Shown: positions 1-9,079 of the stretch, piece after piece
Layout: every line of letters begins with the position of its first letter
Position numbering within the stretch: the first letter of the stretch is position 1
The notes under the pieces: generated by a model
What the model was told of the DNA's origin: nothing
The model's database searches: none
Seen by the model: only the letters and a program-made list of their open reading frames with translations
Assembly (NCBI GenBank): GCA_965231065.1
Contig: OZ246410.1
Coordinates: forward strand, 42,396-106,395
Length of the DNA: 64,000 nucleotides
From: an uncultured Methanosarcinales archaeon
Lineage (GTDB): Archaea > Nanobdellota > Nanobdellia > Woesearchaeales > UBA10107
Reading direction: 5' to 3'
Translations under genes and position numbers: made by a program

Positions 1-1020
1 TAATTTATTTTGTTTATCGACAATTTTCTGTTCCAGAAGCCGTTCTTCGGTAGTGAGTTCGATGATTTTTTTTCTGAGTCCTTTCTCTTCATCCCGTTCA
101 TTGAATAATGCTGCTTTTTCCTTGTCGAGTGACTCCATCTCTAACCCAAGCTCTAGCTCTCTCTTATCCAAGGAAACGGCGAACTTAGCTAATTTCTCCT
201 CTCGGTTGTCAAGTTCTCTGTGCCGCTTGTCGAATTCAACACCAAGCGCCTTTCGTTTTTTATCGAGCTCTACATCGACGGCGATCGCTCGTTTGTCGAT
301 CGTAGAATTCTTCTTCTCTGCTGCTGAATATAACTCCTTAGCATCTTCCATCGCCTGATGCAATCGCTTGTTCTCTATCGATAATTCGCTCTGTGATTCG
401 TTGACTTGCGCCTTCAGTAACGTCTTCTGGCGTTCTAATTGATCGATCTCAGCAAGCAATGTCTTTCTTCTCTTCTCGAATGCATCACGTTCGACATGTG
501 TGATATGCGCTAACTTGTCGAGATCATGCTCCCGATCCTTAATTTCTTTGTTGAGTGCGTCAAAGTGTTTTTCTTTCGCAGAAATGATATGTTCCCGCTT
601 CTTGAGTTCCGCTGACTGCTCCTCGAATCTCTTTTGTTTGCGTGCGAGCATATCATGGATCTCTTCAGCGTCCCTGATCTGCTTCTTGTGATCTTTTAAT
701 TCTGCTCTGATGCGCTCTGCGTCATCAATAAGGCCGTCTTTTTCGAATCGTAGATCTTCTAATTCATCCCAGAGCTGTGCACGTACTTTCTTTAAGCCAT
801 GGATCTGATCTTCAAGATCGCGATATTCTTTTGCAAGGTTCTTTTCCTTGTCTGTCAGGAATTTTTCTTTCTGTTGAAGTTTGACGCGGAGATTCAGAAG
901 TTCATCTTCCTGTGAATTGAACTGCGTCTTGGAGATTCCTGTGGTCGGAACAGGTGGTTTTCCTAAGAGTTCATCCATACGTCTAGAAACATCAGTGCCT
1001 TTGCTCTTTGCTTTAAGCAT
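1..1020 (-). CDS. Coiled-coil protein; the first 340 aa are in the window and the C-terminus runs off the window start
   Basis: I checked every plus-strand triplet at positions 1 mod 3 from 1 to 1020 and found no tta, cta or tca, so the minus frame is open. ATG is the reverse complement of cat at 1018-1020. The protein begins MLKAKSKGTDVSRRMDELLGKPPVPTTG and continues as E/K/L/R-rich heptad-like sequence. The Ser-rich plus-strand ORFs 53..358 and 500..691 are its antisense shadow. Confidence 0.6.
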   Translation of the reverse strand, partial: MLKAKSKGTDVSRRMDELLGKPPVPTTGISKTQFNSQEDELLNLRVKLQQKEKFLTDKEKNLAKEYRDLEDQIHGLKKVRAQLWDELEDLRFEKDGLIDDAERIRAELKDHKKQIRDAEEIHDMLARKQKRFEEQSAELKKREHIISAKEKHFDALNKEIKDREHDLDKLAHITHVERDAFEKRRKTLLAEIDQLERQKTLLKAQVNESQSELSIENKRLHQAMEDAKELYSAAEKKNSTIDKRAIAVDVELDKKRKALGVEFDKRHRELDNREEKLAKFAVSLDKRELELGLEMESLDKEKAALFNERDEEKGLRKKIIELTTEERLLEQKIVDKQNKL

Positions 1021-1144
1021 GTCTTATCACTACCCCATTTAAATAGTCTTTACGGTCTATATATACTTTTTTAACTACTCTGATTTAGGGACAAAACACA
1101 CGAACGCCACAACCTTTATAAATAAAACCTTTCGTGGAAAGCAT

Positions 1145-1312
1145 ATGAGTAACGAAACAGCATGCACATCGTGCAAACGGAAAGTAACCAATGCAGAAGG
1201 AACAGTCATGTTTAGTTGTCCTTCCTGTAAATCAAAGCTCATCCGCTGCGGTCCATGCAGAGCAATCGGCGCGGCATACAAATGCAGCTGTGGCTTCACC
1301 GGTCCAAACTAA
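1145..1312 (+). CDS. Small Zn-ribbon protein (COG2888-like, four CxxC pairs)
   Basis: A 55-aa ORF absent from the track: MSNETACTSCKRKVTNAEGTVMFSCPSCKSKLIRCGPCRAIGAAYKCSCGFTGPN. Its stop lies 1 nt before the aEF-1beta start, an arrangement common in archaea. Confidence 0.6.
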   Translation: MSNETACTSCKRKVTNAEGTVMFSCPSCKSKLIRCGPCRAIGAAYKCSCGFTGPN

Positions 1313-1313
1313 G

Positions 1314-1589
1314 ATGGCACGAGTCATTGCGACATTGCGAATCATGCCCGACGGCACTGATGCTGACCTTTCTCAGATCGAAGCAGAAGCGAAACGAATC
1401 ATCACTGAATTCAATGGTACGATCATGACTGTTGAGAAGAAACCGATTGGTTTCGGCATTGTCTCTGTCGAAGTGAAATTCAACATGGACGAGAACAAAG
1501 GATCCACAGAACCGATCGAAGATGCGATCAGAAAGGTTTCTGGCGTCGAATCAGTAGAAATTATCGCTATTTCCAGAGCATTCGGTTAG
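1314..1589 (+). CDS. Translation elongation factor aEF-1 beta
   Basis: The in-frame ATG at 1314 of track ORF 1191..1589 gives 91 aa: MARVIATLRIMPDGTDADLSQIEAEAKRI...GVESVEIIAISRAFG. Size and sequence pattern match archaeal EF-1beta. Confidence 0.8.
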   Translation: MARVIATLRIMPDGTDADLSQIEAEAKRIITEFNGTIMTVEKKPIGFGIVSVEVKFNMDENKGSTEPIEDAIRKVSGVESVEIIAISRAFG

Positions 1590-1825
1590 AAGGTCTCTAC
1601 ATTCTTCATCGTATATGTATTCAGTTCTTCGACCGCGACATAGTCATTCTCTGCTTTGATATGACTCTCTAGTTTGAACTCGAGATATTTCGCGATGATT
1701 CCCAGTGCGGCTGTTGCCAATAGTGTTTCCATTGTGAATGTAAATGAGCCGCGAGTTTCCCCGCGGCCCAACCCCAACAAACAAAGGCTTTTGTGGAAAT
1801 CCGGACTAGAGATTTCCACAAGCAT
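1586..1825 (-). CDS. Doubtful small ORF (79 aa, or 48 aa from the internal ATG at 1732)
   Basis: This is the only ORF in a 248-nt convergent spacer. There is no recognisable domain, and its 5' part coincides with two perfect hairpins. It may not be coding. Confidence 0.2.
   Translation of the reverse strand: MLVEISSPDFHKSLCLLGLGRGETRGSFTFTMETLLATAALGIIAKYLEFKLESHIKAENDYVAVEELNTYTMKNVETF
1791..1821 (-). terminator. 11-bp perfect hairpin followed on the minus strand by a T-rich tract; candidate terminator of the HD-domain gene
   Basis: ttgtggaaatc (1791-1801) is followed by a 9-nt loop and then gatttccacaa (1811-1821). On the minus strand the hairpin starts 17 nt after the stop of gene 1838..2836 and is followed by cctttgtttgtt. 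Confidence 0.35.
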
Positions 1826-1837
1826 GCCTATGCATGA

Positions 1838-2836
1838 CTATGCTACCTGCTCCTCCAACAAATCATCCAAAGATGGTTTGCCAGGCAAGTAATTGATGAT
1901 TTTTATGACAGGATCTTTTGCCAAACGCTGTGAACCAGGAACACGATATCCGGTATCAAGTGCTAATTCAACACCTGCGCTCCACGGAGTATGCGGAGCT
2001 CTATTTGATTGCTTCCGTGTGATGATCGCTTCATCCTCATCACAGGCACTGACGATCTGCGTCAGTGGTGAAGGGAATTCGCCTGGTCTTCGCTGTCTTC
2101 CGTAGCTCAGCTTTGGCGCATATGCAGACGGATTCTTCCTCTTGAATTCTGCGATCTGTTCTGGCGATGAATCCTTGAGATTCCAATGATGTGTTTCAGC
2201 GACATCGATGATCTTATTCCACATGACAAACGACATATCCGGATTCATGATGCCGGGATGCTCACGGAGATACATGCACTGCCGTCTCATGAGTTTTCCA
2301 GCCGTGACTGGATGCACCGTTATCTTTCTGAATTGATCATCTGTCAATCCGTTTTTCGCGTAGATGACATCTGAATCGACATCATACTTCGTGACATCGT
2401 GGACCAACCCACCGAGATATCCAGCGACCATGAAACTAAACGGCTGCTTGAGATCCTTCGCAGCGACCGCTGCCAATGAACCGACTTTGGTGCCATGGAT
2501 GAGATTTGAATAATCTGAGTCATACTTCTGCATCAACTGCATATCAACCCCTTTCAGATGCGCGATATACGAGAGTGTCAATGTATCGATGTGTTTTGTC
2601 GCAGCCTCGTGTGCGACCTGTCTCACCAGCGCTGCGTTCTCCGGTGTGAATATGTTTCTGAATCGAGGATCAGCAAGAGATTTCTCAGTGTATGAACGCA
2701 GCACAATCTTTCCTTCCTCTGCTTTCTGTGCGAGGAACTCTGGTAATCGACTGCCGTATTCCTGTTCCCATGCAGCACGGATTCCTTCTAGGTAAAATAC
2801 CGGCCGTTCCATACTGATTGTGTTTTGTCTGTCCAT
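1838..2836 (-). CDS. HD-domain (HD-GYP-like) metal-dependent phosphohydrolase
   Basis: 332 aa. GGLVHDVTKYD (an HDxxK-like motif), ETHHWNL and IVSACDEDEAIITRK resemble the HD / HHE / D motifs of HD-GYP-type domains. Confidence 0.5.
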   Translation of the reverse strand: MDRQNTISMERPVFYLEGIRAAWEQEYGSRLPEFLAQKAEEGKIVLRSYTEKSLADPRFRNIFTPENAALVRQVAHEAATKHIDTLTLSYIAHLKGVDMQLMQKYDSDYSNLIHGTKVGSLAAVAAKDLKQPFSFMVAGYLGGLVHDVTKYDVDSDVIYAKNGLTDDQFRKITVHPVTAGKLMRRQCMYLREHPGIMNPDMSFVMWNKIIDVAETHHWNLKDSSPEQIAEFKRKNPSAYAPKLSYGRQRRPGEFPSPLTQIVSACDEDEAIITRKQSNRAPHTPWSAGVELALDTGYRVPGSQRLAKDPVIKIINYLPGKPSLDDLLEEQVA

Positions 2837-2909
2837 TGTGTCCTCATAGCTCTCGCTACTTTGTTTGTCTTTGGTGTTCGTAGTGGATAGAAAATCTACC
2901 CGCTCTTTT

Positions 2910-4091
2910 TTATATCGTATCCCTGAGCAATTTCTCTGCTTTTTTGAACAGAGCCTTATCCAGGTTGAATGTGATCTTTCTGATCTTCTTGTTTGCTGAT
3001 GATAACCAGCCGACTTCTGCTTTGATCAATCCTAGATCGTTGAAATTCACGAAAAAGGTCCTGACCATACGTTCAGTCAACGGTTCGACATTGTACTGCT
3101 TGCATAATTCGCAGTATTCCTTGAATACATCGCCGCCGATCTGTATCTTCTTCTGGTTTTTCAGCATCGTCAAGTATAGTATCTTCTGATGTTTCGTCAA
3201 TGATGCGACTGTGTTAAGGATTGTGTTGTTCTCTAAGTTTGAATCTGCCTCTGAGACCACATCTAAAGTGATTTTAGTCTCATTCTTCGCCATGGTGATC
3301 TTCGCGCATGCATCTAACAGTTCTAATGCTCTTCGTGCATCGCCGCCTCTGCTTGCTTCGATCTCTGCAATCTTTTTCAGGACTGCATCAGTGCAGACAT
3401 TCTGCTTCAATGCCATCTTGACTCTGTCTTTCAGGATATCTTCCAGTTCTTCTGCGTTGTATGGCGTGAAAATGATCTTGACCCTGCCGAACGCAGACTG
3501 TGTTCGCGGTTTGATGTAATCTGAAGCTCTGACGTCATTAGAAATGATAACTGTCGATATCTTTGATTTTAAGTTTGACTCATTGATTCTGCTCAATCGG
3601 TACAAAATATCATCGCCTGACTCCTTCAGCACATAATCCACTTCATCCAAGATGACTAAGATGTTTGATTCTTTCTTATCCAGTTCTTTGGTGAATTCTT
3701 CGATCGCTTTTGCCCGGTTCCACCCAAGCCTTGGATATTCCTTTTCTGGATTTAATTGCTGCAATAAGTCAATCAGGATTGTTGTTTCGGTCCTGTTCTC
3801 TGAGCAGTTCACATAGAGCTTGTTCAGTTCTATTTTTGTCTTCTTTGCCTCATGGCTCAGTTTTTCCGAAAGCTCCAGCATCAATGATGTCTTGCCGGTT
3901 CCTGGGTTGCCGTACACAAAGATGCAGGAAACAGCCGAATTCATCAGAATCGGAGCCAATTCCATGATCAGCTCATTCTTCTGTTCTGTTCGGTGCAAGA
4001 GACCCGTTGGTGGATTCAGTGCGTAGATCAGATCCCTGTTCTTGTATATCGCGTTCTTCAAGACGCTCTCAAAACTCATCTCTTCTGTCAT
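2910..4091 (-). CDS. cdc6: Orc1/Cdc6 replication initiator (copy 1)
   Basis: 393 aa. Walker A is GNPGTGKTS and Walker B is VILDEVDY. It has a C-terminal winged-helix-like region and typical Orc1/Cdc6 length. Confidence 0.85.
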   Translation of the reverse strand: MTEEMSFESVLKNAIYKNRDLIYALNPPTGLLHRTEQKNELIMELAPILMNSAVSCIFVYGNPGTGKTSLMLELSEKLSHEAKKTKIELNKLYVNCSENRTETTILIDLLQQLNPEKEYPRLGWNRAKAIEEFTKELDKKESNILVILDEVDYVLKESGDDILYRLSRINESNLKSKISTVIISNDVRASDYIKPRTQSAFGRVKIIFTPYNAEELEDILKDRVKMALKQNVCTDAVLKKIAEIEASRGGDARRALELLDACAKITMAKNETKITLDVVSEADSNLENNTILNTVASLTKHQKILYLTMLKNQKKIQIGGDVFKEYCELCKQYNVEPLTERMVRTFFVNFNDLGLIKAEVGWLSSANKKIRKITFNLDKALFKKAEKLLRDTI

Positions 4092-4287
4092 AAACCATCC
4101 CCAATGATAAGCAATGTTCCATTCATAAGAATCTTAAAATTGTACCTTATTTATATATCTTTCCTTTTTTTCCTTTTATGACATTACTTCCGATTGTTCT
4201 ATTGGTTCTTTTGATGATTATTAAGACGTATACAGCCGATACTATATAAAAGAGAAAGTATAAAAATAAGCTCGCGATTGATTACGC

Positions 4288-4854
4288 ATGGCTCTGTATG
4301 AGATATTGGTCAATAGGCCCTGTGTATGGATTTTAAAGGAACTATACGAGTCCGAGGTGACCAATAAAAAGCTGTATACCATTCGTGTTTCTGACCTTCG
4401 AAAATACCTAAATATAGCTGATCCTGAACAGTATGTCGCTATTCTTGAACAGAACGGATTATTGCACGTGGATGATATCTCCCAAGATAAGGTCATTTCC
4501 TTGAACTCAAAAGGAAAGGAATTCTTCAAATTGTTCGATAAATTGAAGGTGCTGACCGAGAGTCAGGTAAAAATAATTGAGGAACGTCCATTGGCTCGTG
4601 TTGAATACAGTCTGACGGATGCCGAGAAGAAAGCATTATTTACGGTGTATAAGATCACTAAAGAAGTCAGTGCTGAATTACCGATCAACTCACTTATTGT
4701 CGATGATCCAAAGCAGGAAGCTGCGTATGATAAATTGCAGAAATTAAATTTGATTGCTAAAGTGAAAAATCCGAAAGGTCGCGGTATGACGATTGAGCTG
4801 ACACCATCGGGAAAGAAAGTATTACAGCAAGAGATCAACGAGAGACTGAAATAA
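4288..4854 (+). CDS. Hypothetical protein with winged-helix-like DNA-binding segments
   Basis: 188 aa. It is divergent from orc1/cdc6 across a 196-nt AT-rich spacer. A TATA-like gtataaaaataag lies about 24 nt upstream of the ATG. Confidence 0.55.
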   Translation: MALYEILVNRPCVWILKELYESEVTNKKLYTIRVSDLRKYLNIADPEQYVAILEQNGLLHVDDISQDKVISLNSKGKEFFKLFDKLKVLTESQVKIIEERPLARVEYSLTDAEKKALFTVYKITKEVSAELPINSLIVDDPKQEAAYDKLQKLNLIAKVKNPKGRGMTIELTPSGKKVLQQEINERLK

Positions 4855-5911
4855 GAAGTTTACTTAATCCTTTGATACCGATTTTAGTTTTTATAGCATT
4901 CTCATTGTAATGCGTTCTAGTTGCGTGTGCTTTCTTCATCAATAATTCATAGTTAGGAACCTTCACTTTGAGAACTTTACACAGATTGTGCAGATCGTAG
5001 CTGCCGACGATATCCACTTCTTCATAGAGTTGTTGCAAAAGCTTCCTTGCTTCGCCATTAAAGTCTTTCATCATCCTCTTAACTAGATCCTTATCATTCA
5101 AAGAACCGATCCACAGAGGACCGATGGTGACGTAATCTTTCTTGTGATTAGCATCGGAAACTTCATAATCTAAGGTCTTTGGATTAAACAGAACAAATTT
5201 GTGCTGCTTCATGATCTCATCCACTGCAGTCTTGCCTTTCACGCATCTGAAGAATATCTTGACATAATGCTCTCGCGCATAAGAAAGAATCGGAATCAAT
5301 GCCTTATCATATTGTGCGGCGACCAACTGCACTCTACGAGCCAATATACGTAAAGCAGATTCATGCATGAAGCCATTCTTGTATGTCTGCGCGTCATACA
5401 ATCGTCTCGATGTCTTTGGATATGTGCCACATAACACCGCAGTATCAGTCGCAGTGACGCCTAAGATTCCGTTCCTTGATAATCTCTTTACCGAAGCATC
5501 CAGGAATTCATTCGGTGAACCAAACGGATCCAAGTCAATGTAATCAAAGCCGGTGCTTTGCAGTAAGAATTCAGAAGCATCTTTTGAGAACAGTTCTATC
5601 TTATCTTTGCTTGGTTTAATCTTGTTTAATTTAAAGTTACTTTTTATTTTATCGATCGAATGCAAGTCATTGACTGAGATGTTCTTTATCTTGCCTTTTT
5701 TCAATTCTTTAATGAATCGTATCGAACGAACACCAGTACCTGCCATCGGATCAGCGATCTGCATCGACATATTCTCAACGGCATTCAACAGCAATACAGA
5801 AACATCCCTGTTCAACTTCATCGCTGGATTGTAGAATACCTCGAGTTTTCTGGATATATGCGATGAATCAGCAACACCGATCATTGTCAGCCCTTCCTGT
5901 ATCTTCTTCAT
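4835..5911 (-). CDS. trm1: tRNA (guanine26-N2)-dimethyltransferase Trm1
   Basis: Motifs FYNPAMKLNRD and DPFGSP. I place the start at the internal Met (MKKIQEGL, cat at 5909-5911) because a TATA-like ttaaata lies about 25 nt upstream on the minus strand. The track ORF extends to 5995. Confidence 0.8.
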   Translation of the reverse strand: MKKIQEGLTMIGVADSSHISRKLEVFYNPAMKLNRDVSVLLLNAVENMSMQIADPMAGTGVRSIRFIKELKKGKIKNISVNDLHSIDKIKSNFKLNKIKPSKDKIELFSKDASEFLLQSTGFDYIDLDPFGSPNEFLDASVKRLSRNGILGVTATDTAVLCGTYPKTSRRLYDAQTYKNGFMHESALRILARRVQLVAAQYDKALIPILSYAREHYVKIFFRCVKGKTAVDEIMKQHKFVLFNPKTLDYEVSDANHKKDYVTIGPLWIGSLNDKDLVKRMMKDFNGEARKLLQQLYEEVDIVGSYDLHNLCKVLKVKVPNYELLMKKAHATRTHYNENAIKTKIGIKGLSKLLISVSR

Positions 5912-5954
5912 ATATCCATAAACCAAAAAGAGGTATTTAAGCATATCCACAAAA

Positions 5955-5963
5955 GATATAAAT
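5955..5963 (+). promoter_or_regulatory. TATA-like box for gene 5984..6343
   Basis: gatataaat is centred about 25 nt upstream of the ATG at 5984. Confidence 0.35.
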
Positions 5964-5983
5964 GAATCAGATACAGAGAATAC

Positions 5984-6343
5984 ATGGTGTTTCAATTCAT
6001 TAGCGTCATAAACCTCGCTCTGAATGGGTTCTTATCACAGCACATCACCTTCATCTCTCATGTCTTGGCAGCTGTCTTTCTGGTATTGACAGAAACAACC
6101 ATGAATATGCGAGTCGTTACGCCATTGTTGGACATCATGGAAGGTATGATGATCGGCAACATACCGATATTGCCGAATTTCATCACCGCCGCATTATTCA
6201 TCATCTGGGCGACCGTTTCGATCTTCGTCTATCAAGTCATATTCAAATGGGCATTGCTCAAATATCAGAGTCAATTGGGATTAATATTACTGACAACATT
6301 CGTTCTTATCACCATAGCGGTGAACATCAAATATAGAGACTAA
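5984..6343 (+). CDS. Small integral membrane protein
   Basis: 119 aa with several hydrophobic segments and its own TATA-like box. Confidence 0.5.
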   Translation: MVFQFISVINLALNGFLSQHITFISHVLAAVFLVLTETTMNMRVVTPLLDIMEGMMIGNIPILPNFITAALFIIWATVSIFVYQVIFKWALLKYQSQLGLILLTTFVLITIAVNIKYRD

Positions 6344-6376
6344 ACCTTTTTAAAGTACCTTTAAATCAGTATTTCT

Positions 6377-8131
6377 ATGCCAATCAGAAGCCCGATATGC
6401 ACGGTAGTCGGTCATGTAGACCATGGAAAAAGTTCTATTCTAGACTGGATCAGAGGCAGCTCTATTGTTTCTGCTGAGCCAGGCGCGATCACACAGGCGA
6501 TCGGCGCATCGAATGTTCCATTGGATGCCATCAAAAGAAAATGCGGTGACTTGCTGAAAGCAGTCAATATCCAATTCAATATTCCTGGACTTTTATTCAT
6601 TGATACTCCCGGTCACGCTGCATTTACGAACTTACGTAAACGAGGCGGCAATCTCGCTGACATCGCCATCTTGGTCGTCGATATCAACGAAGGATTTAAG
6701 CCGCAGACGATTGAAGCGATTGAAATACTGAAAAGTTACAAGACACCATTCATCATCGCTGCGAATAAGATTGATCTGATCAATGGTTGGCAGCAGAAAG
6801 AGAAGTTATTGCTTCCCGATATCACGGCACAGCATGCGCACATACAGCAGGCATTTGAAGAAAGACTGTATGGCCTAGTACGAAGTCTGTATGATGCTGC
6901 ACAATTAGATGGTGAACGATTCGATAGAGTCTCTGATTACACAAAACAGATCGCGGTGGTTCCCTGTTCAGCACGAACCGGCGAAGGACTTCCTGAATTA
7001 TTGATGACCATCATCGGCTTGGCGCAGAAATATCTTGAAAAAAGTCTTGAGATCAAGGAAGGAAATGCCAAAGGCATCGTCCTTGAAGTCAAAGAGGTCA
7101 AAGGATTAGGAAAAGCGCTTGACACTATTATTTACGACGGCACGCTGAAGGTGAATGACATACTTGTTGTCGGTGGATTGGAAAAACCAACGGTAACAAA
7201 AGTAAAAGCGATGTTTGTCGCTGCCGCTATGGGAGAATTGCGGGATAAGAAGACAAAGTTCGAATCAGTCAAGGAAATCACTGCTGCGGTCGGTTTACGT
7301 ATCTCGGCGAATGATATCGAAGATGTCGCATCCGGTATGCCGTTGATTTCTGTTGAAAAAGATGATATCGAAGAAGCGAAAGAAGAAGTGCAGAGAGAGA
7401 TTGAAGAGGTTACACTACAAACCGAGGAAGAAGGTGTTGTTATCAAAGCAGATTCTCTAGGAAGTTTGGAAGCGATGGTTGTGTTATTAAAAGAACGTAA
7501 CATCGCAGTATCTTCTGCATCCATTGGCAACATCACAAAAAAAGATATCGCCTCTGCAGAGACACAGTATGAGAAAGATCCGTTCAAGGGAATCGTACTA
7601 GGATTCAATGTTAATTGCGAGATTCCAACCGGCAAGGTCAAGGTATTGACCAACAATGTCATCTATCGTTTGTTGGAGGAGTTTGAAGCGTGGAAAGTTG
7701 CGCAGGAAAAGGTTCTTGAGCAGGTCGAAGTCGATAAGTTGGTACGTCCTTGTAAGATACAGTTATTGAAGAACTATGTATTCAGACAGTCAAATCCAGC
7801 AGTCATCGGTATCGAGGTTCTTGCAGGTAAATTGAAGTCAGGCATGCCGTTGATGAATGAGAAAGGAAAACAAGTTACTATTGTGAAAGGCATCCAGATG
7901 GAGAAAGAAAGTGTTACAGAACTGGAAGAAGGCAAGCAAGGTGCTGTTTCCATGGATAACGTTACTCTTGGCAGGACGCTCATGGGAGATGAGATATTAT
8001 ATTCAGCGATACCGGCAAATGATTTCATGAAACTGAAGGAGTTCAAGAAAGCATTATCTCCGCGGGAGATCGAGGTCGTAAAAGAGATCGCGAAGATCAT
8101 GCGAGAGGACAATCCGGTCTGGGGAATATGA
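6377..8131 (+). CDS. infB: Translation initiation factor aIF5B (IF-2 homologue)
   Basis: 584 aa. GTPase motifs are GHVDHGKSSILD, DTPGHAAF and ANKIDL. The length is typical of aIF5B. Confidence 0.9.
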   Translation: MPIRSPICTVVGHVDHGKSSILDWIRGSSIVSAEPGAITQAIGASNVPLDAIKRKCGDLLKAVNIQFNIPGLLFIDTPGHAAFTNLRKRGGNLADIAILVVDINEGFKPQTIEAIEILKSYKTPFIIAANKIDLINGWQQKEKLLLPDITAQHAHIQQAFEERLYGLVRSLYDAAQLDGERFDRVSDYTKQIAVVPCSARTGEGLPELLMTIIGLAQKYLEKSLEIKEGNAKGIVLEVKEVKGLGKALDTIIYDGTLKVNDILVVGGLEKPTVTKVKAMFVAAAMGELRDKKTKFESVKEITAAVGLRISANDIEDVASGMPLISVEKDDIEEAKEEVQREIEEVTLQTEEEGVVIKADSLGSLEAMVVLLKERNIAVSSASIGNITKKDIASAETQYEKDPFKGIVLGFNVNCEIPTGKVKVLTNNVIYRLLEEFEAWKVAQEKVLEQVEVDKLVRPCKIQLLKNYVFRQSNPAVIGIEVLAGKLKSGMPLMNEKGKQVTIVKGIQMEKESVTELEEGKQGAVSMDNVTLGRTLMGDEILYSAIPANDFMKLKEFKKALSPREIEVVKEIAKIMREDNPVWGI

Positions 8132-8631
8132 AGTACGTCAATTTCCTCAATTCAAAAGAATCGAAAGAACTCGCTAAACAGATTAATGAGCAGTGGGACG
8201 CTGACTTCTCCTTTGAAGACTTTGTCGCGAGGAGCAAGAAGGACAAGATCTACATCGTTTCCAGAGATCTGGAGAAGATCGACTTCAAGCATTATAATAT
8301 CGAGCAGTTCGGACTGTACATCGCACACATCAGCGACAAAGGCGAATTACGATTAAGCATCGAAGGTGCTCAGATCATTGGCCCAAATGCGAAGAAGAAC
8401 GTCATCGATATCGGAAAATTATCAAAGATCTGGATGGGCGGGCAGGATATTCCTTTCAAGACAAAGTGTACCGGCATGGTTATCATAAAAGATGGTGACG
8501 ATTACCTTGGTTGCGGCAAAGTAGTTACAAAAGAAGTGAACGTCTTTGATGCAGAAGGCAACGCGAAGAAAGAATCACAGCAAGTCATTCTGAATTTTGT
8601 GCCAAAAACCAGAAGACACGTTAAGGACTGA
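8128..8631 (+). CDS. Nip7-like / PUA-like RNA-binding protein (putative)
   Basis: 167 aa. The pattern KIYIVSRDL...GELRLSIEGAQIIG...GMVIIKDGDDYLGCGKV parallels Nip7-type pre-PUA plus PUA proteins. The start overlaps the infB stop by 4 nt. Confidence 0.45.
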   Translation: MKYVNFLNSKESKELAKQINEQWDADFSFEDFVARSKKDKIYIVSRDLEKIDFKHYNIEQFGLYIAHISDKGELRLSIEGAQIIGPNAKKNVIDIGKLSKIWMGGQDIPFKTKCTGMVIIKDGDDYLGCGKVVTKEVNVFDAEGNAKKESQQVILNFVPKTRRHVKD

Positions 8632-9079
8632 ATTTCCAGATATCATCACCGACGTAATGTATCGTCTTCACAACCCTTCCTTTCTTGTATGAATCAATCT
8701 CAGATGAAGAGAACAATGCGACGCCGACTGCCAGTGGTTTCTTGTTGTTTACATCCTGAACAACAATAAAATCACCTGCGCTGATACCTGCATCTGTCTC
8801 AACAATACCCGGGCGCATGATATCCGCACCATTTGCTACAAACTTCACCGCACCCATATCGACCGTGACTGTTTTTAAGAAGGGTTTCTTTAATATCAAT
8901 TTCAATGTTGGTGCCCACTGTTTGTCATGGAGGAAGAAAGACGGTTCTTTATTGACCAGCATGATCTTATCATCAGTGATCTGTACCAGATCCTTGACGG
9001 TGATGATCGCCTGACCGTATTTCATGATAAAGGTGTCTTCAAGCTTCTTGATATCTGATTTGCTGAATGTCCGTATCAT
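8621..9079 (-). CDS. PUA-domain RNA-binding protein (Tma20/MCT-1-like, COG2016)
   Basis: 152 aa with ANGADIMRPGIV, KPLAVGVALFSS and HYVGDDIW. Confidence 0.7.
   Translation of the reverse strand: MIRTFSKSDIKKLEDTFIMKYGQAIITVKDLVQITDDKIMLVNKEPSFFLHDKQWAPTLKLILKKPFLKTVTVDMGAVKFVANGADIMRPGIVETDAGISAGDFIVVQDVNNKKPLAVGVALFSSSEIDSYKKGRVVKTIHYVGDDIWKFSP

Noticed and set aside
53-691. Plus-strand ORFs 53..358 and 500..691 encoding Ser/Leu-rich low-complexity peptides
   Set aside because: They are the antisense translation of the E/K-rich coiled-coil gene, which is open on the minus strand from 1 to 1020. Their composition is a typical shadow-frame artefact.
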